Below, in pieces: positions 9,921 through 20,397 of a stretch of DNA of 64,000 nt. Every line of letters begins with the position of its first letter. Position 1 is the stretch's first letter. The position numbers were made by a program, and so were the translations under genes. The notes under the pieces are model-generated. The model was not told the origin of the DNA, did no database searches, and worked only from the letters and a program-made list of their open reading frames with translations. Source of the stretch: Flavobacteriales bacterium (GTDB taxonomy: Bacteria > Bacteroidota > Bacteroidia > UBA10329). The stretch is from assembly GCA_044356305.1 (NCBI GenBank), contig JBIKWM010000011.1, positions 20,567 through 84,566 on the forward strand, in the 5' to 3' direction.

Positions 9921-11414
9921 TCAGGGAGCATGTACCAACCTGAGCGTCCCCTCATTGCAGCGGGCCACGAACATGCCATAAGGAAGTTCTGTAAGGTCAA
10001 CGCTCCGAACGGGTCCTTTCAGTTTGAGTCTCAGGGCCCCTTGCAGGTCAAACACCATCAGATTATTCACGGTCCTGCTGAACGACACCATTCCGGACGA
10101 TGGGACGGGCCAAGCCAAAAGGGGCTGAAAAGTGCCGGCATTGCCTACAGCAGTGACCACATTGCGCATGGTGTACCAGATATGTGTGCTGTCGGTGCCG
10201 TGCGGTTTGATGAAGAAATGCACATGGGGGATCCCATCGGGCCCCACCTTGATGTTGTGCAGACCCACTTCGTTGCTGTCGGCATCGGTGATGAACTCAG
10301 GGGTTGAGATGGACGATGCATCGCCACTGATGTGCACCATCTGCAGGTCGGCCCTGCGGTCAGAAGGCCCCTGATAATCGCGCTGATCCTTGTAGCAGTA
10401 CCACACCCTGTCGTTGGCGTGGTCGTAGGCAGCCTTGACAAGGTGACTCTGTACGCCTGGCTCTGAGATCATTGCCGGAGAGCCCCAATCGGCCCCCAGG
10501 TCGGTGCTATGCACATACCACACACGGGCGGCAAGGTTGCCACCTGCCTGCGGATACTCGTGGTATGCCACATGGATATGGCCGTTGCGGTCAATCACCA
10601 CACCCGGGTCGCTCTGCATGCCCGGCCCGCCAGCAACGGTAAATGGCTGGCCCCAGGTGGCCCCTCCATCGGTGGTAACGGCCATTTGCACATCCCAGTC
10701 CTGCACAAACTGGGTGGTGACCCCGATGCTGTCGCGCCATGCTATGGCCAGGGTGTCGCCATCGGCCCCGGCAAAGTCCCCGCTCGGAAATGCCGAGTGC
10801 CTGCCGTCATCGGCACTGAGCATCTGCTGCGGCTGCCATGTCAGTCCACCGTCAAGGCTGCGGGCATAGACCGTTTCGGCCGTCTGGGCCGTCTGCGCAT
10901 CGCCTTCGTGCCAATAGGCATGCACGCGTCCGCTGCGATCGGTGCTGACCTGACAGAATCCGAACTTGTCCTTAACCGTTTGCCCGATACGGAGCGTGTC
11001 GGACCACACCAGGTCCTGGGCATCGGCCCATACGTGATACACGGCCTTCTTTACCCGCGAGGCCCATATGACATGCAACCGGTCATCGGTGCCGATGTCC
11101 ATGCTCGGCAAGGTGTTGGAAGGGGTCTGTTCCATCACATCAAACAATGTGGGAGGGGGCGAGACCCAACTCAGACCATTGTCGGCACTGCCTACGATCG
11201 AGCGCCTTTCGAGATTACCCTGACTCTCGGTGTACAGGATGAGCACCCTACCATCGGCTGTGACAGCCATGTTGTTGGCCACGGCCCCATTGGTAAACGC
11301 ACCCGGGTCGGACTGCGATACCGGCAGCGGTGGATGCAACCAATCGGGATGGGTGCCATGCAATTGGGCATTGGCCGCCATGGGCACTATGAGCATCAGG
11401 TAGATGATACGCAT
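9921..11414 (-). CDS. BNR/Asp-box (sialidase-like) repeat protein with T9SS CTD
   Basis: Repeated S.D.G.TW boxes (SADNGLSW, SLDGGLTW, TTDGGATW, STDLGADW); signal peptide; WPVP...LPYGMF tail. Confidence 0.8.
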   Translation of the reverse strand: MRIIYLMLIVPMAANAQLHGTHPDWLHPPLPVSQSDPGAFTNGAVANNMAVTADGRVLILYTESQGNLERRSIVGSADNGLSWVSPPPTLFDVMEQTPSNTLPSMDIGTDDRLHVIWASRVKKAVYHVWADAQDLVWSDTLRIGQTVKDKFGFCQVSTDRSGRVHAYWHEGDAQTAQTAETVYARSLDGGLTWQPQQMLSADDGRHSAFPSGDFAGADGDTLAIAWRDSIGVTTQFVQDWDVQMAVTTDGGATWGQPFTVAGGPGMQSDPGVVIDRNGHIHVAYHEYPQAGGNLAARVWYVHSTDLGADWGSPAMISEPGVQSHLVKAAYDHANDRVWYCYKDQRDYQGPSDRRADLQMVHISGDASSISTPEFITDADSNEVGLHNIKVGPDGIPHVHFFIKPHGTDSTHIWYTMRNVVTAVGNAGTFQPLLAWPVPSSGMVSFSRTVNNLMVFDLQGALRLKLKGPVRSVDLTELPYGMFVARCNEGTLRLVHAP

Positions 11415-11593
11415 GAACAGGGCTTTGGGCACTTTGACGACAGACAGGGCCTTAAGGTTTAACCCACTGGGCCATGTTCACAGTTATTGATCAGGTACTT
11501 ACACTTGTTACGGCAAATTGGGCCAATGATGGCGAATGACCATTTTTGCACTGCTCATACATGGCTCATTCATTCACATTGAAACAAGAAAAG

Positions 11594-13414
11594 ATGAGAT
11601 TCCTCAACCTGTCTGCAGCCGTGGTTGCGGCACTCCTCACCGCCCCTGTGGGCTCATCGGCCCAGATAGCTTTGTACGGGGCCAACCAGTCGAACGTGGG
11701 GGCTGCGGATAACCATGGCGGCATATTCCGCTATGTGCCCAATACCGACACCTACACCGCGCCCTACCTGGGCAACACGGCAGACGGGAACGAGATAACC
11801 GGCATGGTGCAGGTGGGCGACCTGGTGTATGGCACCACCGGATATGAAGGGGCCAACGGACATGGCACCGTGTTCAGTTTCGACCTGGCCACCGAGACCT
11901 TCACCAAACTGGCCGACTTTGACAGCATCAACGGCAAATACCCCATCGATGACATGGTGCCCGCCCCCAACGGCAAGCTGTATGGCGTAACAACGTATGG
12001 TGGCACACTGGACCAAGGGGTGCTGTTCTCGTTTGACCCGGCCACCAACACCATCACCAAACTGATCGATTTTGAGACCGGCCCCTACTCGCAGCCCATG
12101 GGCGGCATGATCATGGGCAGCAACGGAAACCTTTACGGGGTGGTGAGTTTCTATTACGGAGGCATTTTTGAGTATGTGATAGCCACCAACACGCTGACGT
12201 ACATCCTCGACTTCCCCACCACCAATGGCGGGCGTGTGCCCTTTGCCAAACTCACCGAGGTGCAGGATTCGGTGTTTTACGGATCGACCCGCTACGGGGG
12301 ATCAGGTACCGCGCAGGAGGGCACCCTGTTCCGTTACGACCAGCGCGATGACTCGTTCACCACCGTCAAGTTCTTTCAGGGCGGCACAGATGGCAGCTGG
12401 CCGCAGAACGGTTTTGTGCACGTTGGCGACAACCTCTACGGTTTCACCTACAAAGGGGGCGATTTCACGTACGGCACCTTTTTCAGCTACGATTTGGTGC
12501 AGGAGCAGTTCACCCAACTGGTAGACCTCGACTATCCCGTGGGTGCCTACCCCGAGAACCGGCCCATACTCGGGTCAGACGGCAAGATCTACAGCGCCAC
12601 CACCACCGGTGGCAATCTGGGGCGTGGCAGCATTGTGCGCTACGACATGGCCACAGGTGCCATGACCAACCTCTACACCATGTTCGGTGGCGAGGGCACC
12701 TACCCGCTCAACGGGCTGATTGAGGCCTGCATCACCCCACCGCCCACCGGCACCGCCACCGCGACCCTGTGCGAGGGCGCCACTGTGGCCGACCTCGATG
12801 CCAACGGCACACAGATAAAGTGGTATGCCACGGCCAATTCAACCACCCAGCTATCGGCCGGCACCGCGCTTAGCTCGGGCACCTACTACGCCACCCAGAC
12901 CGTGCAGTGCCCCAGTGCCCAGCGGCTGGCTGTGAACGTCACTATACAGAGCCCCCCCGATGTGGGCGTGACCCTCACGGGCCAGACCATCACCGCAGAT
13001 CAGGCCGGGGCACAGTACCAGTGGATAAACTGCGCCACCAACGCCAACATAGCCGGGGCCACATCGCAGGCATACACCGCCACGGCCAACGGGCAGTATA
13101 AGGTGCGCATCACCCTGGGGCCGTGTGTGGCCACGAGCACCTGCACCACCATTGACGATGTGGGCATCAACGACCTCGACATGGGCACCGTGGCCATCTA
13201 CCCCAACCCCACACGGGGCGATGTAACGGTGGAATCGACCACCCCGCTCAGCCGCATCGACCTGATGGACCACACGGGCCGGGTGCTGCGCTCGCACCCT
13301 ACCGGCACCCTGCGCACCGTGGTGCCCATGGCCGATGTGGCCGCGGGCACCTACCTGCTGCGCCTTGTGGATGCCGATGGGCGCACAGGCCACCGCAGCG
13401 TGCTGAAGGATTGA
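11594..13414 (+). CDS. Choice-of-anchor GloVer-type tandem-repeat surface protein with Ig-like domains and T9SS CTD
   Basis: Repeated LYG.T..GG...G..F units; signal peptide; YPNPT...GTYLL CTD. Confidence 0.85.
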   Translation: MRFLNLSAAVVAALLTAPVGSSAQIALYGANQSNVGAADNHGGIFRYVPNTDTYTAPYLGNTADGNEITGMVQVGDLVYGTTGYEGANGHGTVFSFDLATETFTKLADFDSINGKYPIDDMVPAPNGKLYGVTTYGGTLDQGVLFSFDPATNTITKLIDFETGPYSQPMGGMIMGSNGNLYGVVSFYYGGIFEYVIATNTLTYILDFPTTNGGRVPFAKLTEVQDSVFYGSTRYGGSGTAQEGTLFRYDQRDDSFTTVKFFQGGTDGSWPQNGFVHVGDNLYGFTYKGGDFTYGTFFSYDLVQEQFTQLVDLDYPVGAYPENRPILGSDGKIYSATTTGGNLGRGSIVRYDMATGAMTNLYTMFGGEGTYPLNGLIEACITPPPTGTATATLCEGATVADLDANGTQIKWYATANSTTQLSAGTALSSGTYYATQTVQCPSAQRLAVNVTIQSPPDVGVTLTGQTITADQAGAQYQWINCATNANIAGATSQAYTATANGQYKVRITLGPCVATSTCTTIDDVGINDLDMGTVAIYPNPTRGDVTVESTTPLSRIDLMDHTGRVLRSHPTGTLRTVVPMADVAAGTYLLRLVDADGRTGHRSVLKD

Positions 13415-13416
13415 CC

Positions 13417-13528
13417 GTACAGACGTTGCATGCAACGTCTCATCAGCATGGCAGTACAGACGTTGCATGCAACGTCTCTTCAGCAGGGCAGGAAACACAC
13501 CGCGAGACGTAGCATGCTACGTCTCTAC
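13417..13528. repeat. Cluster of three REP palindromes, same family as those flanking the RAYT at 28.4-29.0 kb
   Basis: GTAC-AGACGTTGCATGCAACGTCT at 13417 and 13454; GAGACGTAGCATGCTACGTCTC-TAC at 13504. Confidence 0.9.
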
Positions 13529-13550
13529 AGCAGGACACACACATTGAACC

Positions 13551-14018
13551 ATGGCCATTGCCGATGACCCGGCCCGCGAGATTGTCACCACGCGCCTTTT
13601 GCATGCACCTGTAGCGGAGGTGTTCCGGGCATGGACCGCACCCGAGCACCTGTGCGTGTGGTGGGGCCCGGCCGGGTTCACCAACACCTTCCATGTATTC
13701 GACCTGCGCGTGGGCGGCCGGTGGAAGTTCACGATGCACGGCCCCGAAAAAGGCCATTACGAGAACGAGGTGGAGTTCACAGCCATCGGGCCGCCCTACC
13801 ACCTGGCATGGAAACGCCTCTCGCAGCCGCTGTTCGGCATCGATGCCACGTTCGAACCCATGGGCGACATGTTGACCCGACTCACCTGGCGGATGATATT
13901 CGACACAGCCGAGGAATGTGCCAAGTTGCGCCCCTACGTGGTGGAAAAAAACGAGGAGAACATGGACCGGCTTGAGGCGGAACTTGTGCGGATGGCGGAG
14001 CTTCTAAGGAATAGTTGA
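13551..14018 (+). CDS. SRPBCC/AHSA1 domain protein
   Basis: VFRAWT.PEHL..WWGP.GF, DLRVGG.W.FTMHGP. Confidence 0.9.
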   Translation: MAIADDPAREIVTTRLLHAPVAEVFRAWTAPEHLCVWWGPAGFTNTFHVFDLRVGGRWKFTMHGPEKGHYENEVEFTAIGPPYHLAWKRLSQPLFGIDATFEPMGDMLTRLTWRMIFDTAEECAKLRPYVVEKNEENMDRLEAELVRMAELLRNS

Positions 14019-14086
14019 GGGGCGGGGGCAAAGCCCGAACTTTTCAATACCTTGGCACCTACCTAAACACCCAAACACCCCATACA

Positions 14087-16424
14087 ATGAAAACCATCTG
14101 CCCCCCCCCTTGTCCTTTTACTGACCATTGCCATCATCATGCTCGGTGAGATGCGGGCGGTGGGGCAGTGTACACTTTGTATTGGCTCCCAGAATATTCA
14201 AATTGGATTGAGTACCGCAAGTGGTAGTTCGTCCAATGCGTTCGGCACCGCCACATCAGGCGGTGATTATGCTTGGAGCATCGGATCGAAGGTCTTTGCC
14301 TCTGGCGACAATAGTTTTGTAATAGGGCAAGAGGCTGTAGCTGATGCGTCATACACATTCAATTACATTTTCGGCAGTGGCATCGAAGATTACCCGCTAT
14401 TGAACAATGTGAGTAATTCAATCATGTTCGGGATCGGCTCTGATAAATCGACCATTCTGGTCGGTGGTGCTTCAGGGGCCGGAACATGGGGCAATGTCGG
14501 AATCGGCAACATCACAGCCCCTGCCTCACTCCTACATGTGCGTGATCAGTTACGCGTAGGGTATGCCTCTACAGCTAATGGTTCAGTTATTTTCAATAAT
14601 AGCACCAACACCAACACAGTCACCATCCAGAGCGGGGTCACCTCTTCAAATTATTCTCTTACTCTGCCAACAGGGCTCGGCACGACCAATCAAGTCTTAG
14701 CCCTTACTGCTGTTTCCGGTTCTGTAGGAACCTTAGGTTGGGCCAATGGCGGTGGCACAACAGACTGGGAACTGGCAGGCAACAGCAACGCCACTTCAAC
14801 AAGCAAGCTGGGCACCATGACCACCCAACCATTGATGATATATGCCAACAGTGCCGAAAGGATGCGTGTGGCAACTGACGGCAACGTGGGCATAGGCCAG
14901 ACGGCACCACTCGCCCAGTTGCACGTGGGCGATGGCGGCAGCAATGACATCATGATAGAAAAGACCGGGTCTAATGGCATAGCACGGCTCCGGTTCTTCT
15001 CAGATGCCGCCACCGATGAGTATGCCAACATCATCTACGATGCCGATGAGAACCTGTTCATCGACAACGAGGCACAGGATCAGGAGATCTCTATCAGGCT
15101 CAATTGCAATGGCACGGTCTATCCTGCCTTGCGATTCGATGGCAACACAGGCAATTCCACATTCCCGTTCATGAGGGCCTACTTCGGGTCCACCTCCATG
15201 GGCATCAACACCTGGATGATGGCCGAGGCCCGCACCGACACAGGAGAGGAGATTGCCCGCTTCGGTGTAACGGATGTTAACATGGACAATACCCTAGGGG
15301 CCGGGCAGTATGTATCGGTTGAGAACAGCATTGACAACGATGCCCAGTTCTCGGGCGGTTTTGTAGGTAGGTCAAGCTCCACGGTAGGACCGGCATTCTA
15401 CGTCCGGTCAACGGTGCTCAGCGGGGGCGACTCTGGGGGGCAGCCCGCCATGCGGTTCGATGCCCGCACCGAGAGCGGATCCATCTCCACACGCCCCCTG
15501 TTCCGTTGGACCAATGATGTCAATACCATGATGCAGATGAATGCCAATGGCAACCTTGGCATCGGCACCACCACCCCAAGTGGTAAACTGCATGTGAATG
15601 GGACGGTGTTTATTACATGGAACTCTACGAATTTGCCACCATGTGCAACTCCAACGCCTCTTTCAACAGAACACGCCCTCGCAATCAATACAACAAACGG
15701 AGGCCAGCTAATGGATCTTACAGCCTCATCAATTCATCTAAAGGAGAATGTTGAGGACCTTCAATTTGACCGAGATGCATTCTTCAACCTCAGGGTTGTG
15801 GATTTTGATTGGAAGGCTCATTATGGAGGTAACCATGATGTAGGTATGATAGCACAAGAAGTGGTTGAGACTTTTCCAGCTCTCGCCTCCTGGTCATTTA
15901 GGCATACGTATACTGATGATGGCCAATTGGTGGTTGATACCGCAGGTGTGCCCATTGTTGATACGACACAGTTTGAAGTGAGTGGGGTGCGGTATCACAA
16001 ACTACCCGTTTACCTGTTTGCTATTGCCAAAGAACAACGGGCCGAACTGATCGAATTACGCCAACAGGTGCAAGAAATGGCCGAGCAATTGAACAACTGT
16101 TGCACTTCGGTTCAACCGATGAACCGAATGGATGGCGGGAACCCGTTAACGGAACAGAAATTAGAGGAGTTCGTGCTATTGAGAAATGATCCCAACCCAT
16201 TCAGCGATTACACTGACATCAAATATCAGCATGACGGATGCTTGAATTGCGAGATCATTTTCATGGACCAAAGTGGTCGTGTTGTTAAACGAGTGAAAAC
16301 GAGCGGAACTACGGGCACTGTTCGCATATACTCGTCCGAAATAGGGACTGGGCTATATCACTACAGTCTCGTTGTTGATGGCCGGACGGTTCGAACCGAA
16401 AGGATGGTTTCTTCAATTCGCTGA
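14087..16424 (+). CDS. Tail-fibre-like protein with peptidase S74 chaperone domain, coiled coil and T9SS CTD; frameshifted in a C9 tract within the signal peptide
   Basis: GNVGIG repeats; SSIHLKENV..F.WK..GMIAQEV (S74); NDPNPF..GLYHYSL CTD. The long ORF starts at 14139, and ATG 14087 joins it if the C9 run is C8. Confidence 0.8.
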
Positions 16425-16427
16425 TTT

Positions 16428-18176
16428 ATGCGTTACTGCAAGTTGGGTGCAGCCATGATGGCGCTGCTGCACCCTTGTCTTTCATTAGCGCAATGTGATG
16501 GGGAGGATTGGATAGCGACCACGGCACAGATTCCGAGTGGAGGAATTGGAGTTCATACGTCCACTGAGGGTTTCGTTTTAAACCGATTAGACAGCACTTT
16601 TTTTTGGGTTGGGAAGATTGGTACATTTTCTAGTGGCCCTACTACCATGTACTTCAATCAAGTAGTGGTTGAGGTACCTTCATGTTGGCCTGGCAGTTCT
16701 TTTTTAATTCATAAGCGCGACAGGAACGGAGTACTGCTTTGGCACAAGACTGGTTGTTTTTCAGTGAATGGGTCATTTTATGGGGTGACAGGCGATGAAG
16801 CTGGGAACCTGTATTTGGGAGGATCTATGTTTGGAGAGCTCACATATGATGGGGCTACACTTCATACTACCCCTGCGCAGGGTGGTGGTGGTTTTACCAT
16901 GAAGATCCGCCCGGATGGGACTTTGGATTGGCATCGTCCTACCGACCGTGCTGGGGCTATCCGTCATACATGGACAGATCATGGATTGATGTTGCTATTG
17001 TCCATTGTTGACTCAACTTCCTTCAATGGTCAGACTTTCTATCGTCTCAGTTCAACAACTCCTGTTACCAATGAACATGTCATTCTGATGGTAGATGCTC
17101 AAGGAGAGATCATCTGGCATCGGTACATTGAAGGCTATGGTAATAAATCAATTGAGTTGGTTACGGGTAACAACACCACAGCAGTTATTCAGGGTTCATT
17201 CACAGAGGAAGTCACTTATGACGGCCAGACCTTTACGCTGGGGAATGGAGGAAATATGTTTCAAATTGGTCTAAAGCTTTCAAATGGTGAACGTAAATGG
17301 ATGAAAAGACAAGCCAATAGTGGCGTTGGAGTTCAGGGTTTGGGCTCTGAGATATTGGATGATGGTAGCTTGATCACAGTCGGCCATTACAACGGTTCGC
17401 CTTCTTTATTCACTTTCCAAGGGCAGACCATTTCATCTCAAAATGGCCTTACCGATGGCTTTATCATGAGTCAGAACACGAGCAATGGCTCGTTGAATTG
17501 GCTCAAGACCCTTGGTGCCCCGGGGTACTCTACCCTTTTCGGTACAGCCAAGACTGCAACCGGTGTGGCTGTTGCCGGTTATTTCACTTGCCCAACTTTG
17601 AGTTATGAGGGTCTTGAAATTCTGAATCATTCTGATCAGGAAGATCCATTTGTGATTATCATTGACAGGGATGGCAAACCGCAATGCCAACTTGGCGAAA
17701 TGGGCACCCCTGCCAGAGATTATGCTGAAAAGATCAATACCATTGGCAATCAACTCTATATTGAGTTCGGTTATGCCGATTCAGTCTCCTTCGGTGATTA
17801 TCACCTTGTCAGCATTGGCGGAAAGGATCAGACCATCTGGAAAACCTGCCTCCCCTGCGACACTCTGACCTCCATAACCGAAACCACAGCCGCCCAACCC
17901 GTGCTGCTGATTTACCCCAACCCCGCCAGCCAATCCGTGCGGCTGCGGGTAACCCCGCATTTGGCGGCACAGGCAGGCAGCGGCCAACAGGTAAGAGCAG
18001 TGGCCATTACAGATATGCTCGGCCACAAGGTCCTCAACTCCCTTCTAGGAAAGGAGGGGTCGGGAGAGGTCAGCTTTGAAATAGACATTTCCACCCTCGC
18101 CCCCGGCCTCTACACCGTCTCTGCCACCCTACAGAACGGAGAGACCCTGCGGCAACGGCTGGTGGTGCAGCGGTGA
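16428..18176 (+). CDS. Beta-propeller (SBBP-like) protein with T9SS CTD
   Basis: Repeated D..G.L.W and GNLYLGG-type blades; signal peptide; YPNPA...PGLYTV CTD. Confidence 0.8.
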   Translation: MRYCKLGAAMMALLHPCLSLAQCDGEDWIATTAQIPSGGIGVHTSTEGFVLNRLDSTFFWVGKIGTFSSGPTTMYFNQVVVEVPSCWPGSSFLIHKRDRNGVLLWHKTGCFSVNGSFYGVTGDEAGNLYLGGSMFGELTYDGATLHTTPAQGGGGFTMKIRPDGTLDWHRPTDRAGAIRHTWTDHGLMLLLSIVDSTSFNGQTFYRLSSTTPVTNEHVILMVDAQGEIIWHRYIEGYGNKSIELVTGNNTTAVIQGSFTEEVTYDGQTFTLGNGGNMFQIGLKLSNGERKWMKRQANSGVGVQGLGSEILDDGSLITVGHYNGSPSLFTFQGQTISSQNGLTDGFIMSQNTSNGSLNWLKTLGAPGYSTLFGTAKTATGVAVAGYFTCPTLSYEGLEILNHSDQEDPFVIIIDRDGKPQCQLGEMGTPARDYAEKINTIGNQLYIEFGYADSVSFGDYHLVSIGGKDQTIWKTCLPCDTLTSITETTAAQPVLLIYPNPASQSVRLRVTPHLAAQAGSGQQVRAVAITDMLGHKVLNSLLGKEGSGEVSFEIDISTLAPGLYTVSATLQNGETLRQRLVVQR

Positions 18177-18519
18177 GGGTGTCAGTGTGCTAATGGTCCA
18201 GTGGAGTTCTTACCCCGCCCGAGCGAGGCTGAGCGGTGTGCTCGGGCGAGGTTCTTTCCCTCGTCCGTGTTATTCGGTGGGCTCTGGCCCACCCGGTAAC
18301 CCGTGTTGTCATCCGTTCTCATGCCCTGATACAACAAAGGTGAACATTTCTCGAAGCACTGGTGAGGTAGAAGCTATTGGTGCTCGAAGTCCTACGGAAT
18401 TCCCGTGCGGGTGGGGGGGGCTATAGGTGCATGGCCATTTGCACGGGCAAGGGAATGGAGAGCAAGGTCAGAACCTATATGATAGGTGGTGGGATGGAAG
18501 TGCCCGCCAACAGCCTTTG

Positions 18520-18873
18520 CTAAGGCCTTTGGCAGCAGGCATCGAGCTTTTTGTGGCCCGTTGCGTCACGGTGCACATCATCGGCATCAAATCCAAGGGC
18601 GGCTATAACCTTGCGAAGGGTAGCCGGGTCGGTCTTGCGTGCATCGTAGCCGATGGTGATGGTATGGGTCGCTATATCGAACCCCAGGTGCTTCACCCCT
18701 TTGGTGAATTGCAGCTCGCGCTCAAGGAAGGGGCGGCATGAGCCACATTCGTTGCAATGGTCGCAGTAGAAACGGGTGTGCACCACAAGGGTGTCGGCCG
18801 GTGGAGCGGCCATGGCCCACGCGCCTTGGCAGGCCAGGAACATCATTATTGCGATAAGTTGAACGGTGCGCAT
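18520..18873 (-). CDS. Exported heavy-metal-associated (HMA) domain protein
   Basis: Signal peptide; CDHCNECGSC; KGVK..YDA.KT; C-terminal LDACC. Confidence 0.85.
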   Translation of the reverse strand: MRTVQLIAIMMFLACQGAWAMAAPPADTLVVHTRFYCDHCNECGSCRPFLERELQFTKGVKHLGFDIATHTITIGYDARKTDPATLRKVIAALGFDADDVHRDATGHKKLDACCQRP

Positions 18874-19059
18874 GGTGCCGATGATAATGTCAGAGCATAC
18901 AAAGATGGGACCGAAAGGCCATGGGGTGGGCATTCGGACCTCAACGGGCTGTGGGCCATTCAGACCTCTCCCCCGCCAGCGCCCCGTTACCATCCACCAT
19001 GGCCCCTCGGCCCAGAGCCACCAAAGGGGCCAGAACAGCCTTCGGCCTGCCTCTTATTC

Positions 19060-19262
19060 TCATTTTCCTGCATCAGATGCCGATCAAAAGGCATCATCGG
19101 ATCATCATCTTGTGTCTGTTCATCATTTTCTGATGTCAAATGATTACGGACAGAGATAAGAAAATCATTTTCCTATGCCTTCTTTTGATCAACAGACATA
19201 GAAAAATCATTTTCTGATGCAAGGTCGTGACTTTCTGATGCAAGGTCATGGCTTTTTGATGT
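19060..19262. repeat. Degenerate 21-bp-period repeat array
   Basis: TCATTTTC(C/T)-like units at 19060, 19123, 19165, 19207, 19228 and 19249, all spaced by multiples of 21. Confidence 0.7.
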
Positions 19263-19624
19263 GCTTTTTTAACGTAATTTTATGATTTTACCAGCACTCG
19301 CTTGCTGCGCCCATGGTCGTTCATCGGTGCAATCCGGTCGTTCATCCAAACCCTTTTTGACCTGTCAGGGTCCGATTCTGACATTTATTGTCCCTTTTAA
19401 AATGAAACGAAAAGGATCCATGCAGGTCAACGGTAGCAAGGGTTCTGGCGGATCGGCACACAAATTGACCCGTGCGGGCGCCCTTGCGGTAGAAGGTCGG
19501 ATGGCCTGTATGCCGCCACAACACATTGACGGTCAGCGCCATGCAGTACCGAATGTGAACGACTGTGCGGATGTTTGCAGTGCCGAGAAATTGTTCGAGG
19601 CACAACTAACACCCCCCTTTTATC

Positions 19625-20275
19625 ATGAAACGTTTTGCAGTTTACGCCTGGTACCTGATGGACATGAAGGCGCGTGTCACACATGCCAAAAAAGTGGTTA
19701 CCCACATGACCGGCAATACCGTGTATCCAACGCCCGATGTGCCGTTGGCCAGCATCACCACGGCCGCTGACGAGTTGGTTGTGGCCATCACCAATGCCGA
19801 TGGTGGCACCGTGATGGATACCGCCATCATGCACCAGAAGAGCGAGGTGCTGGTTGACCTTGTGCGCAACCAGTGCAAGTATGTCAACCGCACGGCCAAT
19901 GGCAATGAGGTGGACCTGCTGAGCTCTGGGTACGACCTGAACAAGGTGCGTACCAACTTCGCTCGCCTGCCCAAACCGCAGAATGTGAGGCAGGTGCTCA
20001 CCAAGGACTCGAAAGGCGTGGTGATACGTGGCATTGTGGTGCGCTGGGACAAGGTAGATGGCAGCAGGAGCTACAATGTGTTCCGGGCCCCGTACTCACC
20101 CGGACTGCCCTACCCCACCGATGCCGATTTTGAACCTGTGGCCACCGTCACCAAGGCCCGATGCATCCTCAACACGGGCATGCGCACCGGTCAGACCTTC
20201 CTGATCAAGGTAGCGGCTGTGAACGGTTTCGGTCAGGGCGAGATGAGCGATCCCTGCGAGACCGTGGTCATCTGA
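19625..20275 (+). CDS. Cytoplasmic protein with a helical N-domain and a C-terminal fibronectin type III-like domain
   Basis: MTGN..YPTP..PLA and ANG.E..LLSSGY in the N-domain; P.PQN...W.KV.G..SYNV...KVAAVN..GQG..S.P FN3 signature; no signal peptide. Confidence 0.75.
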   Translation: MKRFAVYAWYLMDMKARVTHAKKVVTHMTGNTVYPTPDVPLASITTAADELVVAITNADGGTVMDTAIMHQKSEVLVDLVRNQCKYVNRTANGNEVDLLSSGYDLNKVRTNFARLPKPQNVRQVLTKDSKGVVIRGIVVRWDKVDGSRSYNVFRAPYSPGLPYPTDADFEPVATVTKARCILNTGMRTGQTFLIKVAAVNGFGQGEMSDPCETVVI

Positions 20276-20303
20276 GCCCACGGGCCCCTTGCCTACCCCC
20301 GTT

Positions 20304-20347
20304 CCGCCCTGCATGGCCATTGCGCTGTGCAGGGCGGTCCTTTTTTT
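20304..20347 (+). terminator. Intrinsic terminator
   Basis: CCGCCCTGCA...TGCAGGGCGG stem followed by T7. Confidence 0.75.
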
Positions 20348-20397
20348 GGTGGGGGGAATGGGGAATCCGTTTCTGACTGACCTGCCCGGCCTGACCG

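Noticed and set aside
14139-16424. Prophage suggested by the tail-fibre/S74 domain
   Set aside because: No capsid, terminase or portal genes are present, and the protein has a T9SS CTD.
18180-18500. Possible ncRNA or gene remnant with palindrome CGCCCGAGC..GCTCGGGCG
   Set aside because: Only isolated hairpins are present; no family or second copy could be supported.
19282-19770. 162-aa ORF upstream of the FN3-like gene
   Set aside because: It overlaps the better-supported gene in another frame and has no recognisable features.
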